This document shows, piece after piece, positions 31,703 to 41,868 of a stretch of DNA of 64,000 nt (within the stretch, counting starts at the first letter, position 1; each line of letters starts with the position of its first letter). The DNA lies in the NCBI GenBank assembly GCA_963712905.1, contig CAVQJU010000006.1, forward strand, positions 11,061-75,060, written 5' to 3'. The translations under genes and the position numbers were made by a program. Source of the DNA: an uncultured Acidobacteriota bacterium (GTDB lineage Bacteria > Acidobacteriota > Vicinamibacteria > Vicinamibacterales > CAVVIG01). Below the pieces are notes generated by a model, which worked only from the letters and a program-made list of their open reading frames with translations, searched no databases and was not told where the DNA came from.

Positions 31703-32272
31703 TCATCGACGGTCGACGACGTCCCGCACGTGTCTGGCGCATGCCGGGCACAGTTCCTGGCGAAAATCGCCGGGGTGGGCCTGGATGTACGAATCCAGAG
31801 ACTGCCAGGCGTCCAGAGGTTCATCGCGGATATTCTTGCAGACGCTGCAGACACCAAGTATTCCTTCGAGCAGGTGCATGTGACGCAGTTCCAGCATCTG
31901 CCGAGCCGTCCGATCGATCAGCCAGGCAAACGACGCGAAAACGCCGATTCTAATCGCTGCGTTGATCGACGACTCGAGAAACGTCCACGGCGGATTCCAG
32001 ACTGTTCTGAAATACAGTCGACAGAGCGGTAGGACGATTGCGAGCGTCATCCCCCACCTCCGTCCGCCAAACCAGGATGCAACGCTGATCGGAGCCAGGT
32101 ACACGACAGGGAACTCGATAACCGGGCCGGCGCTGTAGTCAATCGCCAGGCAGACGAGCGACAGCGCGAGCCAATGCGCCGGCACCACTCGGCTATCTGA
32201 CGAACCAGCGACTGCGTTCAGAGACTTCGATGCTTCCATAGTCACGGAAAGGATACACCGCCGACGTTCCAC
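31703..32272 (-). CDS. Membrane protein with C-terminal CxxC...CxxC zinc module
   Basis: Three to four TM segments then VCSVCKNIRD...W...LCPAC. Confidence 0.7.
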   Translation of the reverse strand: MERRRCILSVTMEASKSLNAVAGSSDSRVVPAHWLALSLVCLAIDYSAGPVIEFPVVYLAPISVASWFGGRRWGMTLAIVLPLCRLYFRTVWNPPWTFLESSINAAIRIGVFASFAWLIDRTARQMLELRHMHLLEGILGVCSVCKNIRDEPLDAWQSLDSYIQAHPGDFRQELCPACARHVRDVVDRR

Positions 32273-32295
32273 TCGTGACCTTGGGGGACGATAGC

Positions 32296-32868
32296 TTACC
32301 CGCTCGCCAAGCTGTACGTCAGAAGCGTCAACACGGTTAGCGTGACCAGGACGTACAAGCAGTCGCGTTGTCTCGCAAACCCAATGACCGAAAATACGAC
32401 GCGCGCAATTGGCGTGGCGATCAAGAGCAACAGCCCGAGTTGAACGAGACCCCGACCACCGAGTGTCTTCGCCTCTGCGAGAATTTTCAAGATCGCCCGA
32501 GGCGTGCTGGGCTCGCCTCTGAACACGTGATACTCGGGACGCTGCATTCCATGTCGCGCCAGAAGCAGCGCGCCTCCGCAGGCGACGACGGTCGCGGACA
32601 GCATATTCGAGTAGCCCTCCTGCACGTACGCGGCGGCGGCTCCAGAGGATGTCGCAATGACCGATACCAGCGAGGCTCCGATCGCGTAGCGGATGTCCAC
32701 GCCAAATCCCAACACGAGCAGCGGGACGATCACGACGCCACCGCCGAGCCCCGTCAACGCGCCGAGGAAGCCTGCGAGAACTGATCCGAGGCCCACTGCG
32801 ACCGTGAATTCCAAAACGTTCATCGATGCGACGGGTCGATCGCCGAAGAAGAGACCGGCGCCGCTCAC
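32296..32868 (-). pseudogene. In-frame deletion fusion of TauE/SafE N-terminus and DUF1634 C-terminus
   Basis: GALTGLGGGVVIVP...VIATSSGAAAAYVQEGYSN joins directly to LSATVVACGG...FRGEP...GLLLLIATPIARV. Confidence 0.8.
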
Positions 32869-32913
32869 GGAGCGGCGCCGCGGGCCATCAATGGAGAGTT
32901 GTGCGCGGCGCGA

Positions 32914-33432
32914 TTACTGACTGAGGTCGGACACGACCGTCAAATTGACGAAGTTTTGCCCGGATGCGTACGACTCGGCATACTGCTTGTAGAGAGCTTG
33001 GACCTCGTCAGGAAACGCCTCCGACAGAATGGTCGATACCGTGTAGTCCGCACCCTTGACCGCCGGATCGATCATGAACACGTAGAGCACACTACCATTG
33101 GCGCCCGGTTCGAGTGCTCTCATGACTTTCCAACTTGCGGCCTGCCGCTTGCGCTCGGGCCTCTCACTCTTCGCCAGCGCTTCCCTGAGCTTGCCCATGA
33201 TGGCTTCGAAGTCCGCCGTCTTATCCGGCTTCACGAAATTCAGCACCAAGCCCGCATCTGATGCGAAGACCCGCACCGTCGCCGCGTGCCCGTCGTGTCC
33301 CGACGACGGTTGGGGCGTGGACTGTGACGTCTGCGCCTGGAGGCACGGTGCCCAAACGGCCGACGCCAAAACGACCGCACCTGTAAAACGAGCCACACCA
33401 GCCACGAAATCCGATACGCCTGTTCGCGCCAT
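32914..33432 (-). CDS. Exported conserved hypothetical protein
   Basis: Signal peptide; VLNFVKPDKTADFE...IDPAVKGADY. Confidence 0.75.
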   Translation of the reverse strand: MARTGVSDFVAGVARFTGAVVLASAVWAPCLQAQTSQSTPQPSSGHDGHAATVRVFASDAGLVLNFVKPDKTADFEAIMGKLREALAKSERPERKRQAASWKVMRALEPGANGSVLYVFMIDPAVKGADYTVSTILSEAFPDEVQALYKQYAESYASGQNFVNLTVVSDLSQ

Positions 33433-33718
33433 GCGACCCTCCCGGCCAAAAAGACGCGTCCGTGCGTCTAGACCGACGATACGCTGGACCGCCCTTCATA
33501 CCCATCCCGTCGGGACTGTATTTCTGGTGCAAACAGGCCGGAGAATTGGGACTCCCTTGGGGCCCCTGTTGCGTAGGCCTGGGCGCAGCCTGTTAAGCGA
33601 GTCCTGGAGAACCACCGATGAGCAACAGTCGCCGACGCAAGTCGTGTGCCGCGCTGACGCCGCATGCCGTCGGGACGAAGTAGTGAGGCGGTCGTCTTGC
33701 GTCCTGTACCCTTATGCG

Positions 33719-34510
33719 ATGCACCCTCGCCTGCTGACCACGCCGCTTCTTACGGTCCACACGTTCGGGCTGCTGCTCGCCTCCGCGTATTTCGCCGCCT
33801 TCTGGTGGCTGATTCGCCAGGGACGCCGCGAAGGGCTGGATGTCAGCGCGCTTTCTTCACTCGGATTCTGGGCGATCGGCGGCGCCATCATCGGTGCGAA
33901 AGCGTTGATGATCGCGCGAGACTTCCCGGAGTACGCGGCGGCGCCGTCCGAACTCTTCTCGCTGTCGGTGCTCACGAGCGCCGGTGATTTCTACGGCGGG
34001 TTCATTGGCGCGCTGATCGCCTCCGCGATCTTCTTCTGGCGGACTCCGCGTGTGCCGTTCTGGCGCGCAGCCGATCTCTGCGGCCCGGCCATTGCGCTTG
34101 GCCAGGTGATCGGTCGCGTCGGGTGCTTCATGGCGGGTGACGATTATGGAGGGCCGACGCAGTTGCCGTGGGCTGTCACGTTCACGGATCCGGACGCCGC
34201 GCGCATTGGCGGCGCCCCGCTTGGCGTCCCCCTGCATCCCGTGCAGCTGTACGAGTCGATCGTCTGCCTGGCGCTATTCGGGGTCCTCGTGCGACTCGGT
34301 CGGCGCAAGCGGTTCGACGGCGAGGTTATTCTGGCCTACACGTCACTGTACGCGATCGCTCGGTTCCTCCTCGAGTTCTTGCGTGGTGACGCGGACCGAG
34401 GGTTCGTGTTCGGCGGGCTGCTCTCAACGTCGCGGTTCATCGCGACGATTCTTGGGCCAGTGGCAATTGTGCTGTGGCTGGTCCGACGCCGGTACGCGTT
34501 AGCGCCCTGA
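33719..34510 (+). CDS. lgt: Prolipoprotein diacylglyceryl transferase
   Basis: IGRVGCFMAGDDYG, HPVQLYE, RFLLEFLRGD. Confidence 0.92.
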   Translation: MHPRLLTTPLLTVHTFGLLLASAYFAAFWWLIRQGRREGLDVSALSSLGFWAIGGAIIGAKALMIARDFPEYAAAPSELFSLSVLTSAGDFYGGFIGALIASAIFFWRTPRVPFWRAADLCGPAIALGQVIGRVGCFMAGDDYGGPTQLPWAVTFTDPDAARIGGAPLGVPLHPVQLYESIVCLALFGVLVRLGRRKRFDGEVILAYTSLYAIARFLLEFLRGDADRGFVFGGLLSTSRFIATILGPVAIVLWLVRRRYALAP

Positions 34511-34680
34511 TGCCCGGATCACAGCTCACAAACGCGCTTATCTAGACCGATTTCCACCCGGCGCCTAATCGAGATCGCACGGTCCGCCCGCTCTGGCGAC
34601 TCCGTTGATCGATCGCCGCTAGCAAGCGACACGGTCAGCCATCAGCACGCGTGTATATTGGGGGAGGAGGCCCGACGAGC

Positions 34681-34833
34681 ATGTGCCAGCGAGTGCAGTG
34701 CCAGAAGTGTGGGAAGCCTACCTGGGTCGGTTGCGGCCTGCACGTCGAAGACGTCCTGCGTGACGTGCCGCCCTCTCAGCGATGCGACTGCCCGCGCCCG
34801 AAGTCGTTCCTGGCGCGTCTGCTCGGTCGGTAA
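34681..34833 (+). CDS. Small Cys-rich putative metal-binding protein
   Basis: RBS GGAGG; MCQRVQCQKCGKPTWVGCGLHVE...RCDC. Confidence 0.75.
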   Translation: MCQRVQCQKCGKPTWVGCGLHVEDVLRDVPPSQRCDCPRPKSFLARLLGR

Positions 34834-34906
34834 CACAAGGACCTCGAGAGTCTCATCGGAGGCGCGATCCAGCCCTGCTCATCATCGCCCGCGACCCTCT
34901 TGCCCG

Positions 34907-35164
34907 CTACAACGACTTGCGCATGACGGTAGCACTCGAGGGACACGCCGAGCTGAATTCGAGGGAGGTCTGGACCGTCGGCGGCACGTCTGTTCGCCCG
35001 ATAGGCTCAAACCCGAACTTTGGAAAGGACCGCTCCGCCGTTGTCGTCAGGAGATAGAGCGCTGGCGTTTGCGGGACGACGGCTACGGAACGCAACAGCA
35101 CCTGGCGCGATGGCTCGCGCCCCGTCGCGTTTGAGCGACCACGCGTCGGCTGCCCTTCCATCAC
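34907..35164 (-). pseudogene. ArsN2-like GNAT acetyltransferase remnant with internal deletion
   Basis: LLRSVAV abuts LYLLTTTAE..F.KFGF...SLEFSSACPSSATVM; acetyl-CoA motif (RGxGxG) absent. Confidence 0.75.
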
Positions 35165-35586
35165 TCGCGCGGTCCGGGCTGCCCCAGGAGGCTCTGCAGA
35201 TCATAGGTGAGGCCCGAGAACGTAATCTTTCCCCCGCGAATCTCCAGCACCTCTCTGACGCGGAATGTCTTTGGCTGTCCGGTCGCCTTCAGCGTGCCGA
35301 GCTGGCCCGCGGTCCAGTCGCCCAGGTGGGTTCCTGTGGCGGAAATGTCGATTTCGACGACGGTGTCGCCGCGCTGCTCAACGTGAAGAATCTGAAGCCG
35401 GATATTGGGGAAGCTGCCGATCGCCATACGCGCCGATTCGAGGTAGCCCTCCGGCCCTTTCAACGGGCCGCTGCCTGGACGGTGTTGAATCACCGCGTCG
35501 TGCGTGAACATGTCGGCAGCGTCCTGCAGACGCCGCTCGTTGAACGACTTGATGTACTCCCGAATCAGCAGTTGTGTGTCGGCCAT
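35161..35586 (-). CDS. SnoaL-like ester cyclase (NTF2 fold)
   Basis: GPEGY...FPNI...TGTHLG...ATG...GGKI. Confidence 0.85.
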   Translation of the reverse strand: MADTQLLIREYIKSFNERRLQDAADMFTHDAVIQHRPGSGPLKGPEGYLESARMAIGSFPNIRLQILHVEQRGDTVVEIDISATGTHLGDWTAGQLGTLKATGQPKTFRVREVLEIRGGKITFSGLTYDLQSLLGQPGPRE

Positions 35587-35832
35587 CAGAATGTGAGTCG
35601 CACGCCTGCGTGCAGCGCACGAGGAGGCTGAATCGCCGTGACGGTACGATCGCCGGGCTCCGTGATGACGCGCTCGTCAGGGGTGAAGGCCAGAGTGCTA
35701 TGGATTATAGATGGGGGCGGCGTCACCGGGGTTGCTCGCGCAAAACGCCGCAGCGCTTAGCAATATCGTGCCCGCCGCACGCACCTCCTCGATATGCTTG
35801 AAGAGATCGTTCTTCTCGCGAGTTATCGGTAC

Positions 35833-35902
35833 TTTGCTGTGGGCGTTTTTGTGAGCGCTTGAGATAGTCAGAGCGTGAGAGAGCGTGTAAGAGGGTGACA
35901 CT
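35833..35902 (+). repeat. 70-bp element-end repeat, copy 2 (tRNA core not retained)
   Basis: 67/70 identical to 6168-6237. Confidence 0.9.
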
Positions 35903-35944
35903 TCCCGGTAGCTCTCCGTCGGAATTGCTTCACAAATCCTGGAC

Positions 35945-35975
35945 TTGACATCTGATATATAGCGACACTATATAT
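35945..35975 (+). promoter_or_regulatory. Sigma-70 promoter with PadR operator ATATATAG-N5-CTATATAT
   Basis: TTGACA at 35945-35950; perfect 8-bp inverted repeat over the -10, before padR. Confidence 0.75.
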
Positions 35976-35983
35976 AGGACTCC

Positions 35984-36322
35984 ATGGCATCGCTGAGTCA
36001 TTCGATCAAACGCGGCAGCGCGGAGCTGGCCATCCTGATGGTGCTCAAAGACCAGCCGCTGCACGGCTACGAGATCGCGCGCCGGATTGCGCAGGACACA
36101 GCCGGCGTCCTCCATTTCACGCTCGCGTCGCTCTATCCGCTGCTGTACCGCATGGAAAAGCGCGGCTGGACCAGGGGCGCCTGGGAAACGACGTCCGGTG
36201 GCGTCAAGCGCCGCTGCTACAGCCTCACGGCGGCGGGACTGAAGCAGCTCGCGGCGTCGCGCCGTGAATGGAGCGTGTTTTTCCGCGCGCTCGATCAGCT
36301 CGGGGGCTTAAGCCGTGCGTGA
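35984..36322 (+). CDS. PadR family transcriptional regulator
   Basis: PLHGYEIA...SLYPLLYRMEKRGW...YSLTAAG. Confidence 0.93.
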   Translation: MASLSHSIKRGSAELAILMVLKDQPLHGYEIARRIAQDTAGVLHFTLASLYPLLYRMEKRGWTRGAWETTSGGVKRRCYSLTAAGLKQLAASRREWSVFFRALDQLGGLSRA

Positions 36323-36981
36323 TTGGTCAAGCGTCGTACGCTCGCGGCTGATAGCGCTCGGTCTTGAGGCCGAGCGCGAGGAACAGATTCGCGCCGAGTT
36401 GGCCGGGCACCTGGAAGATGCCTATGCCGATGCCATCCGGCGCGGATCGCACGGAAGAAGACGCGGCCGCCCGCGCATTGGCGCAGGTGCCCGACTGGAT
36501 ACGCCTGGCGGACGCCATCCGCCGCGCCGATCAGAAAGAAGGTCCGATGAGTCCCGATGCGAAAACCCTCTGGCTGCCCGGAATGGCCGCGTTGGGGTGC
36601 GCGGCCGCGGTGATGCTCGGCCTCTCGCGGTGGCTCCCGGCTTCGCTCTGGCTCGATCCGAGAGCGACCATGCCGATGACGGCCGGGCTGCTCCTGTCGT
36701 ATCTGGCGTTCGGAGCGCTCGGCGCCTCGTGGTCGCGCCGCGCGGGCGGCGGCATCGCGGCCCGCCTCGCCGCGGGAATCTTTCCGCTGGCGCTTCATGT
36801 GTCCATTTTGGTCACGGTCGTCGTCGCGGCGATGTTTGGAGATCGCCGGAGCCCGGAGGCCATCCAGATCAACTTCCAGCTGCGTGCGGCGCTGATCTTC
36901 ATCGTCATTCCCGGGGTCGCGCTGGCCGTTGGCACGCTGCCGTTCCTGAGGGATGGCGCCAAGACACGCGCCTCCGCGTAA
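36315..36981 (+). CDS. PadR-coupled membrane protein (permease-prefix-like N-terminus), frameshift near 36445
   Basis: MRDWSSVVRSRL...ELAGHLEDAY / EEDAAARAL followed by four TM segments. Confidence 0.75.
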
Positions 36982-37360
36982 CTACGCGGGAAGTCGAAGC
37001 AGCTTGATCAGGTTTCGGACGCGTATGTCACCCGTGTGCTTCTCGAGACTGCTGTGGTCGTTCGCTGGATGATGATCGATCCGGTATACCGCCTTGACCT
37101 CGACGGCCTCTCCAGCAAACTGTCGCAACGCCACTGGGCTCACCTTGTTCAAGAGCACTTCTCCGACCATCCCGACGTGGTCGCGAAGTCGAACCGCGTC
37201 GATCTGCTTCAGCCAGGCGACGATGTGGTTCCAACTGCCAGGCATTGGGGACGCTTTTTTCGAGCAAATCTTCCGATTCGAACGCCTCCAAGAAATCCGC
37301 GACAAGGCTACCGCGTTGAAAGAACACGCGCGCCGGACTTGGCTGATTGCTGTACGAGGT

Positions 37361-37391
37361 AAAAGAGCCCCCGGCACAGGCGGGGGCCCTT
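37361..37391 (-). terminator. Rho-independent terminator of the G8 gene
   Basis: Minus strand GGCCCCCG-loop-CGGGGGC then TCTTTT, about 25 nt after the stop. Confidence 0.8.
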
Positions 37392-37413
37392 GCTCGTGCA
37401 GCAGGGTTGCTGC

Positions 37414-40123
37414 TTACCGGCTGGCCTGGAGGCTGACTCCGGCACCAGGGCCGCTACCAGGGCCGCTGCCAAGGATGTCACCGGTGGAGACAAGCTTGAC
37501 CCAAAGCGAACCGTTGCCTTTGTAGTACGAGGTGGCGCTGGCCTTGCGCAGCGCATCCAGGCTGCTCCTGCGCCGTACCCGACGATGCGGTGGTGAATCC
37601 CGGCAGCTCGAACATCACCCACGAACCGGCATCCAGTTCCTTCACGTTGATGTTCAAGGTTGGCCTTTCGGTGGTCACCTTGTACTCGGTGCCCGCTCGT
37701 ACGTTGGTTTCACCGTTGGCGGTGAACTCCTTGCCATTGCGGCTGAGAACGACTGGCGGCCCTGACGGTGCAGCGGTACCTCTGATTCGACCACCACCTG
37801 GGGCAATAGCAACGGGAGCAGGTGCAGCAGCACCGGCTCCGCGGGCACCTGCACCAGGACCGGGAGCTCCGGCTCGTGCGGGACCGGCACCAGGACCACC
37901 GGCACCACGACCGCCGCCGCCGCCGAATCCACCGAATCCAACAGCACCGCCACCGCCGCCAACAGTCATGCGCCCGATATCGCCCTTGCACACCGCGGCG
38001 TTCCAGGTGGGCTTGACCTCGCAGGCTTCGTCGATGTCGATTCCAGTGATGTTGACGATGTAGGAATTGGGGACACCGGTGATCGTGCCGTCCCTGTCGT
38101 TGAACACCGAGGTCTTGTAGACCGTATTGCCGTAATCATCGTTGCTCCACCTGTTGTCAATCGGCGGGAAATACACCGGCTTGGCGTTGATGAATTTCGC
38201 GCGCTGCACGGTGTTGTTGGAGCTCATTCCGAAGCTGGTAAACAGCAGGTAGGAGATCGCTCCCGTCTTGCGGGTGGCGTTGTCCTGGTAATTCACGAAG
38301 GTGTTGTTGTCCAGTTCATGGTGGTAGTCGTAGAACTCGTAGCCGCGGATCGGGAAATCCGCGACTGCCGGCTGCGGCAAGCTACGGCCGTACGCCATTT
38401 CCGCCGGCGTCCTGGGGTTGCCGATGTTCTCGGTTTCGCCCACGAACCGCGAGTCAACCACCCGTGACGTAAAGGCGGACTGACCGAAGTTGCCGGACGC
38501 TTGCGTGAAGCCAATTCCGTTATCGGCCATCTTCAGGTTCTTGTAGAGGCGCAACTCACCGCGGGCCCAGATGCCGCTATTGCGGTTCTTGTAGCTGGTG
38601 AAATCCTCGACGACCGACTCCGCTTGAGCGCTGTTCGCGTCAGCGGGATTGACAAGGGCAATATACCCGCCGACGGCGAAATGGCCATCGGCCCTGGGGG
38701 CGCGGTCGCCCATGAAACTGTCAAAGTTCGAATGGGCGACGTTGCCCTTGAACTCGCGGACCTTCGTGCGACGCGGCCAGGTGGCCTTGCTGATCTCCGT
38801 GCCTTCGAACTTACCCGTCGGATGCTCCGGGAAGGCGAACCAGAAACCTGTCGCGTCGGACCCCGCGGCCACGTTGTCGCGGTAGGTGTTGTCCGGATTG
38901 GTGATCCAGAAAGACGACACCGTGTTATCCGAAGGGATCAGGACGTCCTTGGAGTCCTGGCCGGTCGTATTGAAGTTCGTGCCGGCCGTCGCTCCGAACG
39001 GGGCGAGGTTAGTCGGGTCGCAGGGCTTGGACGTATGACACTTGGTCTGGATCGCCAGGTTGCGGATGTACTGGTTGCCGGTCTCGATGCCGTCTTCGAG
39101 GAAGAAGCAGTGACCGACGGTGTTGTAGGTCACATTGTTCTCAACCTGCAGATTGTTCGTGCCATGCACGGTCACGCAGCGGTTGAAGGTGTCGTGGATC
39201 GCGGCGTTCCTGATGTACTGGCCCTTGCCGTCGCCGATCAGATGCCAGTGGATCGGATACCGGGCCAGCGTCAGGTTCTGGCCCATGCGATTGAGCTCGA
39301 CGCCCTCGACGAACATCTTGCTCGCGCCCATCGCCATGATGTGGCCGCCAAAGAACGTCGTGTCCGCGTCAGACGACGCCTGGATCAGGATATTGCGCGA
39401 CAGCATGCCGACTTCGCCGCGTTCATCCACGTCGAAGGTGATCTTGCCGAAGTGCATGTAGTCCAGTTTCTTGTCGAGCGTGATCGCATTGCCACGGATG
39501 GCAGCAATGGTTCGGCGCTCCGCCTGACGGGGATCGAAATCCGTTGACGCGAGGACAATCACGTCGCCGACCCGCCAGCCAGCGGCGTTCAGGACTTCAA
39601 TCGAGTTGCTGCCGGCTGCGGCGGTCCTGGACAGCTTCGTCCAGGAGTTCGTCCGGTTACCGTGCAGGTTCAGGGTTCCACCCATCATCATGATCCCGCG
39701 ATCACTGCGGTCAGTCGTTCCACCCACTCCACTGATGTCTTCGCCTTTGACGTTGTCGGTGAGGGTAATGGTCGCCTTGCGCGTGTGGGGTTTGGCTTCC
39801 GTGCCAATCTCCAACGCCCCGTGCACCATGATCCACTCGGTGGTCAGTTCCAGATCCTTGTTATCCGCGAAGCTGAGCGTGCCGTCGAGCTTGATGCCAT
39901 GCAGCGGCGGCGGACTGACGTCGAGGATGACGTTCATATCCTTTTCAATGGTGACCACGTCGTCTTTGGCGGGCACCTTCTTGTCAGGCCAGGTGGCAGG
40001 ATCAGACCAGCGGCTGGTCGCCGGCGATCCAGCACTCTGAGCCTGAACGACAGCGAATACGCTGACGAGCAGGAATGCCGGCAGGAGCGAAGCAAGAAGG
40101 AACGAGCGATGTTGCGTACTCAC
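37414..40123 (-). CDS. Exported G8-domain beta-helix protein (CEMIP/TMEM2-like), frameshift near 37568
   Basis: GTG 40123 with RBS GGAGG; RWSDPATW, ERGEVGMLSRNI, RYPIHWH, CVTVHGT, GHCFFLEDG; C-terminus SSLDALRKA...LQASR* in shifted frame. Confidence 0.88.
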
Positions 40124-40424
40124 GGAATCAACCCTCCGTACTCGAAGATGACCGAGAACCGCAGCGGCAAAGCGAGCGCAATCCGGCGCCCAGCAAACCT
40201 CGAACCCGAAGAGAATAGCCGATTTGCGAAGATCCCGGGTATGCGACTCCCGCCCGCCCCGGTGCACGGGGTAGATGACCCTTGGGCGTTCTCCGCTTCC
40301 CACGCGAAAGGCTTGGCCGCATCGTTCGCCTTCTGACCGTCGCTGTTTGACGGCGACGATGGCAGCCTGCACAGATCGATCGCACGGTGCAGAAGAACGG
40401 AAGAATCAGGACGGAGGGAACGAG

Positions 40425-40480
40425 TCAGGCGGCCTGGCGGTCGTACCGGCGCAGGCCGCCCACCTGCGGCGTGACGATCC
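40425..40480 (-). pseudogene. C-terminal relic of an rve/integrase-core transposase
   Basis: IVTPQVGGLRRYDRQAA* resembles the PxVGGLHHRYERxAA transposase C-terminus. Confidence 0.45.
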
Positions 40481-40667
40481 ACCGCGTGAATGCGATGGCC
40501 GCGTGGACGATTCCACGCCAAATAGCCAATAGGGAGCCGCAAACGGCTTACCTAACCGCTCGGGCCAAACACCTCGCCACTGCGGCGTCAGACGTTACCT
40601 ATCGCCCGGGTCGCGTGTTAGCGCGTTTCGAAGCGCGCGAGCGGTCCCGGTCGAGCAAGAGCTTATA

Positions 40668-40797
40668 CGGCTGCTAACCAATCCCGAATCCCCTTTGGGG
40701 GGCGGAGGTCACGCAGCGATAGCCGAGAATCGCGTTTCCACCCTATCGCGAATCCTCTTGGGGACGAATCCTCCCTCGCTTCGCTCGGTCGAATCCC
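40668..40797 (+). repeat. Two degenerate tRNA-Glu 3'-end-like units in tandem plus extra CGAATCC copies
   Basis: CGGCTGCTAACCAATCCCGAATCCCCTTTGGGGGGCG (40668-40704) and ATCGCGAATCCTCTTGGGGACG (40745-40766); both align to the 41592-41656 unit. Confidence 0.7.
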
Positions 40798-40819
40798 AGG
40801 CTAAAATGCTTCGGTCCTG

Positions 40820-41252
40820 ATGGTTGGAGCTGGCTCTCGCGCTCGCCGTCCGTTGCTGGCCTTAGCAGTGGCGGTTGGAATCGCCCTGGCCGCGGCTCCG
40901 ACGCTCGCCCACCATTCCCGCGCGATGTTCGACATGGGCAAGAACATTACGTATCGTGGAGTCGTGGAGGAGTACCGGTGGCAGAACCCCCACAGCCACA
41001 TCGTCGTCAGAGTCGGGGCCGGCGCGGCGGACCGGTCCACGGTGGGGACATGGACCGTCGAGGCCTCGGCTATCAGCGTCATGACCTCCAGCGGGTGGAC
41101 TCCGAGGACGTGCCAAGCCTGGCGATCCGATTACGGTGGTGGCTCATCCGAATATGGCTGGCTCCAACCTCGTGTTGCTCTTTTACGCGATCAAGGCTGA
41201 CGGGACACGGCTCTACCGCGCGGCGCATCAATATGATGGAGAGAAAGATTGA
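40820..41252 (+). CDS. DUF6152 family exported protein, frameshift near 41112
   Basis: AHHSRAMFD...WQNPHSHI / KPGDPITVVAHP. Confidence 0.82.
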
Positions 41253-41591
41253 ACAGACCAACATCCGTGGGTGCGCGGCCGCATTCAGACAACCAAGTGA
41301 ATGGGGACGTTCCCTCGTTCTTCCCGTTCTCAGGCCCCCGCGGAGTTCGTCCGGAGTCTCGGCAGCGCACGCATGTCACTGAATTCCTGGTGCGAGCAGT
41401 ACCGAACTAGAGAGCCATCCGAAGTGATCGGCGATGGCCACGAGCGCCAAGATTACTCCGGCCGAGACTAGAGCTATCCAGTGAGACCGCTTGATCATCC
41501 CTTCCAGCCTTTCTGCTTCGGCTTAGACACCGTCCGCGTGATTTGTCGCCAGCAGGGCGGAAGGCGTCTTCACATCCTACGCCGCGCGCCG

Positions 41592-41656
41592 GTCGGATCG
41601 CCGAATCCCTTGGAAAACCGGCTGGCAATCAATCGCGAATCCACTTGGGGACGCCA
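41592..41656 (+). repeat. 65-bp unit ending in the tRNA-Glu 3' end (CGAATCCACTTGGGGACGCCA)
   Basis: 50/65 ungapped identity to 46595-46659. Confidence 0.85.
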
Positions 41657-41868
41657 CTAAACGTATTCGACCCGCGAGTAGCTTCTCCCCCGTCCCCACT
41701 CCCGAACATGTGTAGTACCCGTCAGCGTGCGGCGTGAAGGTTCGCGCTCAAGCACAATCGGTAAACGCTGCGGCGTTTCTGAGGACTAAGCATCAATTTC
41801 CATAGCGCGGTGTCTAAGGAGCTGAATCGCAGGTAGTCTCGTTTGTTGTCCCACTTCGGAGGTAAGAC

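Noticed and set aside
36990-37360. Fragmentary ORFs containing a TTGGGGACGC match at about 37245
   Set aside because: No recognisable family; the match lacks the CGAATCC leader and may simply encode IGDA, so it is not called a repeat unit.
37790-37960. Collagen-like or tandem DNA repeat
   Set aside because: Irregular Gly/Pro/Ala coding linker inside the G8 gene with no fixed period.
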